Shown: in pieces, positions 55,693-64,000 of the stretch | How the letters are laid out: each line of letters opens with the position of its first letter | Position numbering within the stretch: the first letter of the stretch is position 1 | Assembly: GCA_050175015.1 (NCBI GenBank) | Contig: JBFXJJ010000005.1 | Span: forward strand, 32,001-96,000 | Direction of reading: 5' to 3' | Origin: Alphaproteobacteria bacterium | Lineage (GTDB): Bacteria > Pseudomonadota > Alphaproteobacteria > JBFXJJ01 | DNA length: 64,000 nt | The notes under the pieces: generated by a model | The model's database searches: none | Seen by the model: only the letters and a program-made list of their open reading frames with translations | What the model was told of the DNA's origin: nothing | Position numbers and translations under genes: made by a program

Positions 55693-57704
55693 AAAAAAGC
55701 TGTTTTTTAGAAGCCAAAACAAATGATAAAGCTGGGGCTTCAAGCTTTTTAATAAGAGTTATCAAGGCAGGATTATCGGGCAATAAAAATTATTATTCTG
55801 ACGCCCTGCTTAAAGAAGCAGTTTCTATGTTTGATAACATTAGAGTGTTTGAAAAATCTGATGCAGAACACTTAAAATCTGCGGGCAAAGACGTCCGCAA
55901 TCTTATTGGACGTCTAACTAATCCAAAATTTATTGAAGGAACAGCAAAAGATGCAGGAGAAATTCAAGCAACTTTTGAACTTCTTCAACCTAATGGTGAT
56001 GTTGCAATTAAATTGAGGGAAGCCTTTGAACGCAATATGACTGATTTGTTTGGCTTTTCTATCGATGCAGATGCTCTTGCTCGCACAAAATCCTTAAACG
56101 GACAGAGAATAAGAGAAGCAGCCAAGTTTAAAAAAATTAATTCCGTTGACCTTATTGTCGAGCCTGGAGCTGGTGGCGGCATTGTCAACTTTATTGAAGC
56201 ACAAAATGAAGAGGAACAAGATATTATGAAAAAAGCTGATATCATTAAATTGTTAGAAGCAAAAAGCCCAAATGTCTTAAAAGGGAAAGACATCGAGGCC
56301 TTAACAGATGAAGAAGTTAATACATTGTTGACAGAGGCTCTTTCTTCAGAGAAAGAACCTGAAAATAAAAGCAATGAAACAGAGCAGAAAACTGAGAATT
56401 TTCAAGAAGCATTAAGTGATGCAGTTAATGACGCTGTTAAAATGATTGAAGCAAAAGCTTCTATGAAAGAGCTGATTGCTGATAGTACGCTTCCTAAAGA
56501 AGCTAAGGAAAAACTCCGCAAGCAATTTTCTAGTATGGAAAAGTTTACCGAAGCTCAGGTTGAACAAGCTATTAAAGATGAACGTGAGTATCTTTCCAAG
56601 TTTACCGAAGCTGGTAAAATTTCAGGTCTTGGAGACACTGCTGTTACCAAAGATCAGTTTGAAAAAACCTCTGATCGATTAGACGCCTTTTTTGATGTTG
56701 AACATAAAGAACACCGTCATGCTTTATCATTTAAGGAAGCTTATATTGACATTACGGGTGATAAAAAGGTTACGGGACGTTTTTCTGATTGTTCTCAAGC
56801 TAGATTAACTGAAGCATTAAATTCATCATCTTTTGATGATGCTCTTGGGAACGCAATCACCAGAAGACTTATTGCTGATTATCGTCAAGCATCACAATAT
56901 GATATTTGGAAAAAACTCATTGGATCTCCTGTTCCTGTAAATGATTTTAGATCACAGGAAAGAGTAAGAATTGGTGGTTATGGCGATGTCCCTGCCGTTA
57001 CTGAAGGCGCTGATTATTCAGCTCTAACATCACCTTCAGATGAAAAGTCAACATATGCCGTTTCTAAACGAGGCGGATTAGAGACAATTACGCTTGAAAT
57101 GATTAAAAACGATGATGTTGGAGCTATCCGCCAAATTCCAACAAAATTATCAAGAGCTGCAAAAAGAACTTTATGCAAGTTCGCATTAGATTTTATTAAG
57201 GATAATCCAGCTATTTATGATGGCGTTAACCTGTTTCATGCAGATCATGGCAATTTAGGATCTGAAGCTTTAACTAAAACAGCTTTGGCAGCTGGCAGAC
57301 TAGCAATGTTAAAACAAGCTGAAGCTGGTTCAAACGAGCCATTAGGCATAGGTCCCAAATGTATTTTTGTAAGTCCCGATAATGAAGAAACAGCGGTTGA
57401 TTTGTTCAGAAGAAACACAGAAAACGACAAAAATTTTGTTCAGTCATTATCATTAGAAGTTGTGCCTGTTTTTTATTGGACTGATGTTAACGATTGGGTG
57501 CTAACCGCGGATCCATTAGATCTTCCTTTTATGGAATTAGGCTTTTTAGACGGTCAAGAAGAACCAGAGATCTTTGTCCAGGATAATCCAACCTCAGGTT
57601 CGATGTTTAGTGCAGATAAGATTACATACAAATTGCGTCATATCTACGGAGGTTCAATCTTAGATTATCGTGGCTTATTTAAAAGTGTTGTAGCCAACTC
57701 TTAA
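55689..57704 (+). CDS. Fused prohead protease/scaffold and major capsid protein
   Basis: N-terminal G.S.N..YY, H, GFSIDA, SVDLIVEPGAGG protease-like region; charged scaffold; C-terminal capsid (I.NDD.GA..IP, LFH..HGNL). Confidence 0.85.
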   Translation: MKKSCFLEAKTNDKAGASSFLIRVIKAGLSGNKNYYSDALLKEAVSMFDNIRVFEKSDAEHLKSAGKDVRNLIGRLTNPKFIEGTAKDAGEIQATFELLQPNGDVAIKLREAFERNMTDLFGFSIDADALARTKSLNGQRIREAAKFKKINSVDLIVEPGAGGGIVNFIEAQNEEEQDIMKKADIIKLLEAKSPNVLKGKDIEALTDEEVNTLLTEALSSEKEPENKSNETEQKTENFQEALSDAVNDAVKMIEAKASMKELIADSTLPKEAKEKLRKQFSSMEKFTEAQVEQAIKDEREYLSKFTEAGKISGLGDTAVTKDQFEKTSDRLDAFFDVEHKEHRHALSFKEAYIDITGDKKVTGRFSDCSQARLTEALNSSSFDDALGNAITRRLIADYRQASQYDIWKKLIGSPVPVNDFRSQERVRIGGYGDVPAVTEGADYSALTSPSDEKSTYAVSKRGGLETITLEMIKNDDVGAIRQIPTKLSRAAKRTLCKFALDFIKDNPAIYDGVNLFHADHGNLGSEALTKTALAAGRLAMLKQAEAGSNEPLGIGPKCIFVSPDNEETAVDLFRRNTENDKNFVQSLSLEVVPVFYWTDVNDWVLTADPLDLPFMELGFLDGQEEPEIFVQDNPTSGSMFSADKITYKLRHIYGGSILDYRGLFKSVVANS

Positions 57705-57730
57705 GTGTGCATTTAACGAGGTTTAAAGGT

Positions 57731-58405
57731 ATGTTAGACGATTATCAAAAATTAGTTACGGCTCTTGTTAGAGACCAAGATGATTTGTTATCTGAAGATG
57801 ACATTAATCTTGCAATAGGGTTTGCTATAACTAGATATTCGTCTGACAGACCAAAAACTGAACTGTCTGAGCAAGAAGTTAATAATAACATTACTGATTT
57901 GCCAGATAACTGGATTGCTAATTTTTCAAGAGTTGCAGGCGTTGAATATCCCGCAGGTCTTGTGCCACCTTCTTTTATACCTATTGCCAGAACTTCAATA
58001 TATGAAGGTCTTAGCGGTCAAAAAATAATGCTAAGTGGTATAAATGATGGCTCTATTGTTAGGTTGCATTATACATCGCTTCATAAAGTAACTGAAACGA
58101 TTGATACAATAACAATCTCTGACAGGGAAGCTGTTGCAAATTGGGCGGCGGCCTTGTTGCTTGATCAATTAGCGAATTCTTTCGCAGGTGATACGTATTC
58201 AACAATACAAGCTGATACTATTGATCATGCTAATAAGAGCAGAGATTATGGCAGTAGAGCTAAGTATTGTCGTAGTAACTATTTTAATCACCTAGGAATT
58301 GATAATAAACGCAATGCAGCAGCAGGAACAGTTGTAACAATTCAATCAACTGATAGTGTGGGCTGTGACCGTCTTCTTCATTATCAAAATAGGAGGCGAC
58401 CATGA
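57731..58405 (+). CDS. Putative head-tail adaptor
   Basis: Follows capsid; A..RYS.DRP, VEYPAG..PP. Confidence 0.6.
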   Translation: MLDDYQKLVTALVRDQDDLLSEDDINLAIGFAITRYSSDRPKTELSEQEVNNNITDLPDNWIANFSRVAGVEYPAGLVPPSFIPIARTSIYEGLSGQKIMLSGINDGSIVRLHYTSLHKVTETIDTITISDREAVANWAAALLLDQLANSFAGDTYSTIQADTIDHANKSRDYGSRAKYCRSNYFNHLGIDNKRNAAAGTVVTIQSTDSVGCDRLLHYQNRRRP

Positions 58406-58911
58406 GTGATGTTATAAATCTAGAAATACAGCGTCAAAACTGGGAGAAGTTTTCCAAAGCTTTAGCAAAATCTCCTGAGGAAATAGGCAAACAGTTAGCT
58501 GCTGCTATATGGCAAGCAGAAATGCTTTTGCAAAGAGAGACTGTTGAAAAAACGCCGACAGGAGTTTCTAGGGGGGCAGGCTTAAGAGCAAGCATAATAT
58601 CTGAAAAACCACAAATTATGTCTGATCAAATTATTGGCTCTGTCGGAACTTCTTTAAATTATGCAGTACCAGTAGAACTTGGGACTAAACCTCACCGCCC
58701 TCCTGTAGCGCCGATTATGGAATGGGCTAAATATAAACTTGGAGTAACTGAGCCTGAGGCGATAAGAATTGGTTATGCTATTGCAAACAAAATAGCAAAA
58801 AAAGGGACGGAAGGATCTTTTATGTTTAAACAAGCTTTTGAGAAGAATCAAAAGCAAGTAGATGCCCTATTAAATAAGGCATTAAATAAGGTTTTAAGAG
58901 GGCTTGAATGA
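58402..58911 (+). CDS. HK97 gp10-like / virion morphogenesis protein
   Basis: TP....G.LRASI, YAVPVELGTKPH.PP, I..KGT. Confidence 0.8.
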   Translation: MSDVINLEIQRQNWEKFSKALAKSPEEIGKQLAAAIWQAEMLLQRETVEKTPTGVSRGAGLRASIISEKPQIMSDQIIGSVGTSLNYAVPVELGTKPHRPPVAPIMEWAKYKLGVTEPEAIRIGYAIANKIAKKGTEGSFMFKQAFEKNQKQVDALLNKALNKVLRGLE

Positions 58912-59480
58912 TGAGTGAAATTATTCGTAATGCCATTAAAGCCAAATTAGAAACGGTAATAACAGCCGAGGTTGGCAAAGTTCATGCTCATGAAAGATAT
59001 TCTAAAAGTCATAATGAGCTAAAAGAATTATTTACGTTAGATAAAGTTATTTGCGGATTTTTTATTCGCAGAGTAAGACGCCAAGAGACCATATACACCT
59101 CGACCAGAAACAAAGTTGCGACGACTTGGGAAATAAGGGGCTATGCATCTTTTATCGATGAAGAACAAAGCGAAATTAAATTCGACAATTTGATTGATGA
59201 TGTCGCAATATCTTTTCGTAATGACAACACTTTAGGCGGTATTGTTGAAAATCTTGGAGATGATGCTACAGGCATTCAGCTAGAAGATAGCGGGCCAGTT
59301 CTTTTTGCCAGCATATTGTGCCATGGCGTTCGTTTGAGCCTAACTACTAATCATTATGAAGAAATATCTGATCAAACTGATGAATTGCAAGATTTTAACA
59401 GTGCAAATGTGAAGTGGGACATTCCACCTCACAACCCTGAAATTATAGATGCAGTCGATAACATAAATTTGGAGGAATAA
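58908..59480 (+). CDS. Putative tail completion/terminator protein
   Basis: Position before the sheath; SE..F..L.D.V...FR....LGG. Confidence 0.6.
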   Translation: MMSEIIRNAIKAKLETVITAEVGKVHAHERYSKSHNELKELFTLDKVICGFFIRRVRRQETIYTSTRNKVATTWEIRGYASFIDEEQSEIKFDNLIDDVAISFRNDNTLGGIVENLGDDATGIQLEDSGPVLFASILCHGVRLSLTTNHYEEISDQTDELQDFNSANVKWDIPPHNPEIIDAVDNINLEE

Positions 59481-59659
59481 TGTCTAAAATTAAAATAAAA
59501 CCCAAAGCAGGAACAAGAGTTCTTGATCCAACAACAACTCCACCATCACCTCTACCTCAAGAGGGCAAAGAAGTAGAACGTAACACTTATTGGTTACGCA
59601 GGCTTCAAGACGGTTCTGTTGTAGAAGTTAGTAAAATTCTTAAAAAGAAGGAAGGATAA
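59480..59659 (+). CDS. DUF2635 (Mu gp38-like) small protein (59 aa, not in ORF track)
   Basis: IKPK.G..V.DP....LP.EG..V....YW.RRL.DG.V; GGAGG RBS; precedes the sheath. Confidence 0.85.
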   Translation: MSKIKIKPKAGTRVLDPTTTPPSPLPQEGKEVERNTYWLRRLQDGSVVEVSKILKKKEG

Positions 59660-59662
59660 AAA

Positions 59663-61138
59663 ATGTCAATCTCTTTCAACGAAATTCCAAACAACCTAAG
59701 AGTGCCTTTTTGCTATATGGAATTTGATGCTTCAAAAGCGCAGCAAGGCTCTTCTCAAATGCCGTATAAAATTTTGGTAATTGGCCAAAGATTATCAAGT
59801 GGCAGTATTCCAGCCCTTACGCCAACAAGAGTAACGGCAAAATCAAAAGCTGCTCTATATTTTGGTAAAGGTTCAATGTTAAGCCATATGCTCGAAAGTC
59901 TTATTGAAAATAATGACTTTACCGAAACTTACGCTGTGGCTCTTGATGATGATGCCGCCGGTGTTGCCGCAACGGGAAGCATAACAGTTGCAGGGACAGC
60001 AAGTGCATCAGGAACAATTTATTTATACGTCGCAGGAAGAAGGGTAAAAGTTGCGGTTTCAGCAACTCAAACTGCTGAGGAAGTAGCAGCCAATATTGTA
60101 TCAGCTATTAATGCTATTACGACTTTGCCTTTAACGGCTGCTGTTGATGGAACAACGGCTGAGAAAGTTAATCTAATTGCACGTCATAAAGGTTTGTGCG
60201 GTAATGAGGTTGATCTAAGAGATAATTATTACAGTGGGGAAGAGTTACCAGCTGGATTAACTCTTACTTATGTAAGTATGAATGGTGGAACTTCTAATCC
60301 AGATGTAGCTACGGTTTTTGCCGCTATCGGTGATACACAATATAATATTATTGCGATGCCTTATACAGATAGTTCAAATTTAGCAGAGTTAAAAGATGAA
60401 CTTACGGATCGTTGGGGACCATTAACAATGAATGACGGTATGGCATTTGCTGCAGCAAATGGTACTCATTCAGAACTTGGAACGCTTGGTGACAGCCATA
60501 ATCATCAAAACTTATCTATTATGTCAGCCGCAGGAAGTCCTACACCTGCGTACGAATGGGCTGCTGTTGTGGCTGGGGTTACGGCTTATTATTCTAATAT
60601 TGACCCTGCAAGGCCTTTACAAACACTTGCTTTAAGTGAAATCTTAGCACCTTTAGAAAATGATAGATTCACATCACAGGAAAACAATCTCTTATTATAT
60701 GATGGAATTTCGACAACTTATGTAAATTCAGACGGCAAAGTTTGCATACAAAGGTTAATTACAACGTATAAAGAAAACTCCGCAGGAGCTGATGACACAG
60801 CTTATCTTGATGTTGCAACAGTGCTAACTCTTAGCTATTTGAGATATGATTATCGCAATTATCTTATGAGAAAATACCCAAGACATAAACTAGCAAGTGA
60901 TGGCACTAGATACGGCGCTGGCCAAGCTATTGTTACGCCTAAAACAATTAAGGCTGAGACTATTGCTTGGTTTAAGCAGATGGAAACCAAAGGTCTAGTT
61001 GAAGGCATTGATCAATTTAAAACTGATTTAATCGTTGAGCGTAACGCTGATGATGCAAATAGATTAGATATCTATCTGCCACCAGACCTTGTCAACCAGA
61101 TGAGAGTATTCGCTGTGCAGGCTGGATTTAGAGTTTAG
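59663..61138 (+). CDS. Tail sheath protein (Mu gpL-like)
   Basis: ISFNEIP..LRVP..Y.EFD, DPARPLQTL, RLITTY, YPRHKLA.DG, PPDLVNQ. Confidence 0.95.
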   Translation: MSISFNEIPNNLRVPFCYMEFDASKAQQGSSQMPYKILVIGQRLSSGSIPALTPTRVTAKSKAALYFGKGSMLSHMLESLIENNDFTETYAVALDDDAAGVAATGSITVAGTASASGTIYLYVAGRRVKVAVSATQTAEEVAANIVSAINAITTLPLTAAVDGTTAEKVNLIARHKGLCGNEVDLRDNYYSGEELPAGLTLTYVSMNGGTSNPDVATVFAAIGDTQYNIIAMPYTDSSNLAELKDELTDRWGPLTMNDGMAFAAANGTHSELGTLGDSHNHQNLSIMSAAGSPTPAYEWAAVVAGVTAYYSNIDPARPLQTLALSEILAPLENDRFTSQENNLLLYDGISTTYVNSDGKVCIQRLITTYKENSAGADDTAYLDVATVLTLSYLRYDYRNYLMRKYPRHKLASDGTRYGAGQAIVTPKTIKAETIAWFKQMETKGLVEGIDQFKTDLIVERNADDANRLDIYLPPDLVNQMRVFAVQAGFRV

Positions 61139-61173
61139 TTCTAATTTTTTAAAACAATGAGAGAGGATATTTG

Positions 61174-61533
61174 ATGTCAAACGCAAGAGCAGGAACAATC
61201 TATCTTAAAGTTGATGGCACTTTAAGGGATGCCAAGGGTGATTTTACCTATAATTTAGGGAAGTCCAAAAGAGAAGCCATAATCGGAGCCGATGGAGTGC
61301 ATGGCTATAAAGAAACGCCTCAAGTACCTTTTATTGAAGGTGCAATTACAGATGATTCAGATTTGGATTTAGCAAATTTTGTTACTCAAGATGATGTAAC
61401 CGTAACTTTAGAGCTTGCAAATGGCAAAACCATTGTTTTAAGCGATGCTTGGTATGCAAGTGAAGGCGATGTAACAACGTCTGAAGGCGAAATAAAAGTT
61501 CGCTTTGAAGGTTTAAACGCGGAGGAAATTTAG
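61174..61533 (+). CDS. Tail tube protein (Mu gpM-like)
   Basis: AGT.YLKVDG, G.DGVHGYKE....PFIE, T.ELANGK, VRFEG. Confidence 0.92.
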   Translation: MSNARAGTIYLKVDGTLRDAKGDFTYNLGKSKREAIIGADGVHGYKETPQVPFIEGAITDDSDLDLANFVTQDDVTVTLELANGKTIVLSDAWYASEGDVTTSEGEIKVRFEGLNAEEI

Positions 61534-61806
61534 ATGAAATACCCTTTAAAAAAACCGATAACGGTAGCAGACAAAAAAATTGAATATCTTGAAATTAGAG
61601 AAAATATAATTGGCGCTGATATGAAAGGCGTTAAAATTAGTAAAGACGGAGAAATTGATTTTGCAGTAATGTTAACTTTGATCTCTCATTTGTCGGCTCA
61701 ACCTCCAGCAATTATAGATAAAATAGATATAGTAGATCTTTTTCCATTAATAGAGAAAGTAAGTGATTTTTTATCTCCTTCCCAGGAGACTGGGAAGACG
61801 CAATAG
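61534..61806 (+). CDS. Tail assembly chaperone
   Basis: L.KPI......I..L..R, I...D..D; between tube and tape measure. Confidence 0.85.
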   Translation: MKYPLKKPITVADKKIEYLEIRENIIGADMKGVKISKDGEIDFAVMLTLISHLSAQPPAIIDKIDIVDLFPLIEKVSDFLSPSQETGKTQ

Positions 61807-61928
61807 AACTACTTGCGGGAAGCCCTTTTTATATAGCTCCATCGGAGCTAATGAAAATGACGGCAGCAGATTTATTGTTTTGGGTAGAGCGAGCATCTAA
61901 TCGAATAAAAAAGGAAAATGCTAAATGA
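61767..61928 (+). other. -1 programmed frameshift and extension of the tail chaperone (P2 gpE+E'-like)
   Basis: Slippery T TTT TTA at 61767-61773; hairpin CTTCCCAG-GAGA-CTGGGAAG at 61778-61797; -1 frame open (..DWEDAIELLA..PSELMKM..DL.FW..RA) to TGA 61928. Confidence 0.85.
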
Positions 61929-63601
61929 AAGTAAATCACAATCTAGGAATAGTGATTAAAGCGATTGATAAAGCAACGGGACCGCTGCAAAAAATTAATC
62001 GTACAATTTCGCGCGTTCAAGCTCCTTTTAAAAAAATTGGAAGTTCGCTCTCAAATGTTGTTGATGCTTCTGGATTTAGCAAATTACAAACAGGATTTGC
62101 GGGATTAAATTCTGGTATGTCAAATGTTATGAATAAAACAGGAGCTTTGGCAACTAAGTTTACATTGCTAGGGGGTACAGCTGGTTTTGCTTTTAAAAAG
62201 CTATTTGTTGATACCGCTTCTCAGTTTGAGCAATTTTCTACCATTTTGACAACGTTGCTTGGTAGTTCTGACAAGGCTGATAAAGCGATGGACTGGGTAA
62301 GTAATTTTGCTGCAAAAACGCCGTATGAGTTAGATGAAGTAACAGAAGCTTTTGTAAAACTTAAATCTTACGGAATTGATCCTCAAGCTGGAGCTTTAAA
62401 ATCTGTTGGTGATGCGGCTGCAGCTATGGGCAAGCCTTTATCACAAATGGTTGAAGCTTTGGCAGATGCTCAATCTGGTGAATTTACGCGTTTAAAAGAA
62501 GCCATTGGCGGAACTTTTCAGACGGTTGGCAATAATATTGCTTATAGTTTTGTTGATAAAGATGACAATGAAAGAACTTTCGCTGCGGCTAAAAATGATG
62601 CAGTTGCTCTACAAAAAATGGTTTTAAAGGCTTTTGAGGCAAAAGGCTATACTGGTGCTATGGATAATCTTTCTGGAACATGGAGCGGAATGTTATCCAA
62701 CCTTGCCGATATTTGGACAAGATTTGCTAATTTAGTTATGAGTTCTGGCGTCTTTGATTTTATGAAAGGTAAGCTTTCAGGAATTTTACAAAAACTAAAT
62801 GAAATGTCAGATAACGGCAAACTCAAACAACTAGCAGAAACTTTTGGGCAAAAGCTTGTTGTCGCTCTTTCTGCAACTTGGGAGGCATTAAAACAAATAT
62901 CAGCAGCTTTTATGTCATTAATTAATGTGATGCCTAAAATAGCCAATTTTGTTGGCGGATGGGGTAACTTATTAAAGATTGTTGCTCTTGTTATGGCTGG
63001 ACCATTGTTAGCTGCAATCGCAGGATTAATTGCAGCGGTTGTAAATTTGGGTATTGCTATAGGTTTTACTCCGATTGGCTGGTTCTTGGCAGGTATGGCA
63101 GCAATTGCTGCAATATCAATTTTAGTCATTAAAAAGTGGCAGGCTATAAAAGATTTTTTTGCATCTTTTGCTGAAGCTTTTGCAAACGGTCCTCTTATCG
63201 GAATTATCAATTTAATTGCTGGTTTAATATATACTTTAACAGGCATTGATCTCTTTGAGATTGGCAGAAAAATTATGTCATCTCTTAAAGACGGAATGGT
63301 TGCAGCTTGGCAAAAAATGACTGAATGGCTGCAAAAAGCAGCTGAAGGTTTCATGAATCTTATACCTGACAGTTTCAAAACTACACTTGGAATAGATAAA
63401 ACAATTCAAAAAACTAACGCAAATAAGGTTTATACAGGTGCTTCAAATTTTATGAATAAATATAATACATCGCAAGCTGTTAAGACCGAGGTTGTTATAA
63501 AAGCTGAAAATTTGCCTAAAGGAATGCAGGTCTCGACAGGGAAAACTCAAGCAACTAGCACAAAACTAGATTTAGGATACTCAATGGCAGGTGCGTTATG
63601 A
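61925..63601 (+). CDS. Tail tape measure protein
   Basis: I.AIDKAT.PL, FAAKTPYEL, L..VGD.AAA, T.SG..SNL.D; Ala/Gly-rich helices. Confidence 0.92.
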   Translation: MKVNHNLGIVIKAIDKATGPLQKINRTISRVQAPFKKIGSSLSNVVDASGFSKLQTGFAGLNSGMSNVMNKTGALATKFTLLGGTAGFAFKKLFVDTASQFEQFSTILTTLLGSSDKADKAMDWVSNFAAKTPYELDEVTEAFVKLKSYGIDPQAGALKSVGDAAAAMGKPLSQMVEALADAQSGEFTRLKEAIGGTFQTVGNNIAYSFVDKDDNERTFAAAKNDAVALQKMVLKAFEAKGYTGAMDNLSGTWSGMLSNLADIWTRFANLVMSSGVFDFMKGKLSGILQKLNEMSDNGKLKQLAETFGQKLVVALSATWEALKQISAAFMSLINVMPKIANFVGGWGNLLKIVALVMAGPLLAAIAGLIAAVVNLGIAIGFTPIGWFLAGMAAIAAISILVIKKWQAIKDFFASFAEAFANGPLIGIINLIAGLIYTLTGIDLFEIGRKIMSSLKDGMVAAWQKMTEWLQKAAEGFMNLIPDSFKTTLGIDKTIQKTNANKVYTGASNFMNKYNTSQAVKTEVVIKAENLPKGMQVSTGKTQATSTKLDLGYSMAGAL

Positions 63602-64000
63602 GTTGGAAGAGCAAATTAAAAACAGCTTCTTTTAAGGGTGCAAAATTTTCTGTAACCAGTTCTGATAGTGAATTTGGCAGACGGTTCCAACACTTTGAAT
63701 ACCCTAATAGAGATAAAGGATATATTGAAGATTTGGGACAAAAAGATTCTAATTTTACCTTAGAAGCTTTTGTTGTTGGTAAGGATTATATGTCCTTGAG
63801 AGATAAGCTTATAAGCGTTTGTTCATCAAAAGGACCAGGAGAATTAATTCACCCATATTTAGGAACCAAAACGGTTACTTGTTCATTTTTAAGGACAAGA
63901 GAAAACTCAGACGAAGGCGGTGTTGCGAGGATAAGTTTGAGTTTTATTGAGGCTGGGGAAAAAGAACAGCCATCATCTAGTATTAACACTCAAAAATCTG
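63598..64000 (+). CDS. DNA circularisation protein (Mu gpN-like), runs off the window
   Basis: MSWKSKLKTASFKGAKF...GRR...EYP.RD..YIEDLG...GPGELIHPYLG. Confidence 0.92.
   Translation, partial: MSWKSKLKTASFKGAKFSVTSSDSEFGRRFQHFEYPNRDKGYIEDLGQKDSNFTLEAFVVGKDYMSLRDKLISVCSSKGPGELIHPYLGTKTVTCSFLRTRENSDEGGVARISLSFIEAGEKEQPSSSINTQKS

Larger units (their letters stand above)
35794..64000 (+). mobile_element. Mu-like transposable prophage with contractile tail (left end inside the window, right part beyond it)
   Basis: 5'-TG end with repeated 21-mers; Mu gene order c/ner/A/B...gemA/mor/lysis/terminase/portal/F/capsid/sheath/tube/TMP/N. Confidence 0.95.

Overview
AT-rich bacterial chromosome segment in two parts. 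(1) 1-35.8 kb is host DNA. It holds a DtxR-type regulator fragment with feoA-feoA-feoB; an elongated dapE; an apbE-rseC-rnfBCDGEA-mnmA run; a candidate sRNA; a minus-strand surface-glycan locus (rmlA/rmlB, VioA-like aminotransferase, WbqC, adenylation enzyme plus ACP, SDR, formyl/acyl transferases, a frameshifted FkbM methyltransferase, cysDNC/cysQ and a sulfotransferase); hcp with a divergent Crp/Fnr regulator; and a DEAD-box helicase. (2) From about 35794 to the window end is the left ~28 kb of a Mu-like transposable prophage with a contractile tail: left end, repressor/Ner/MuA/MuB, accessory region, Mor/C-like activator, lysis, head and tail genes. The most striking signal is just after the long MuF gene, whose C-terminal extension resembles a BECR-fold RNase. 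Where an immunity ORF would be expected, there is a ~124-nt tRNA-like cloverleaf RNA on the opposite strand with its own near-consensus sigma70 promoter. This is a candidate virion toxin with an RNA antitoxin. All protein family calls come from motif recognition by eye; no searches were run.
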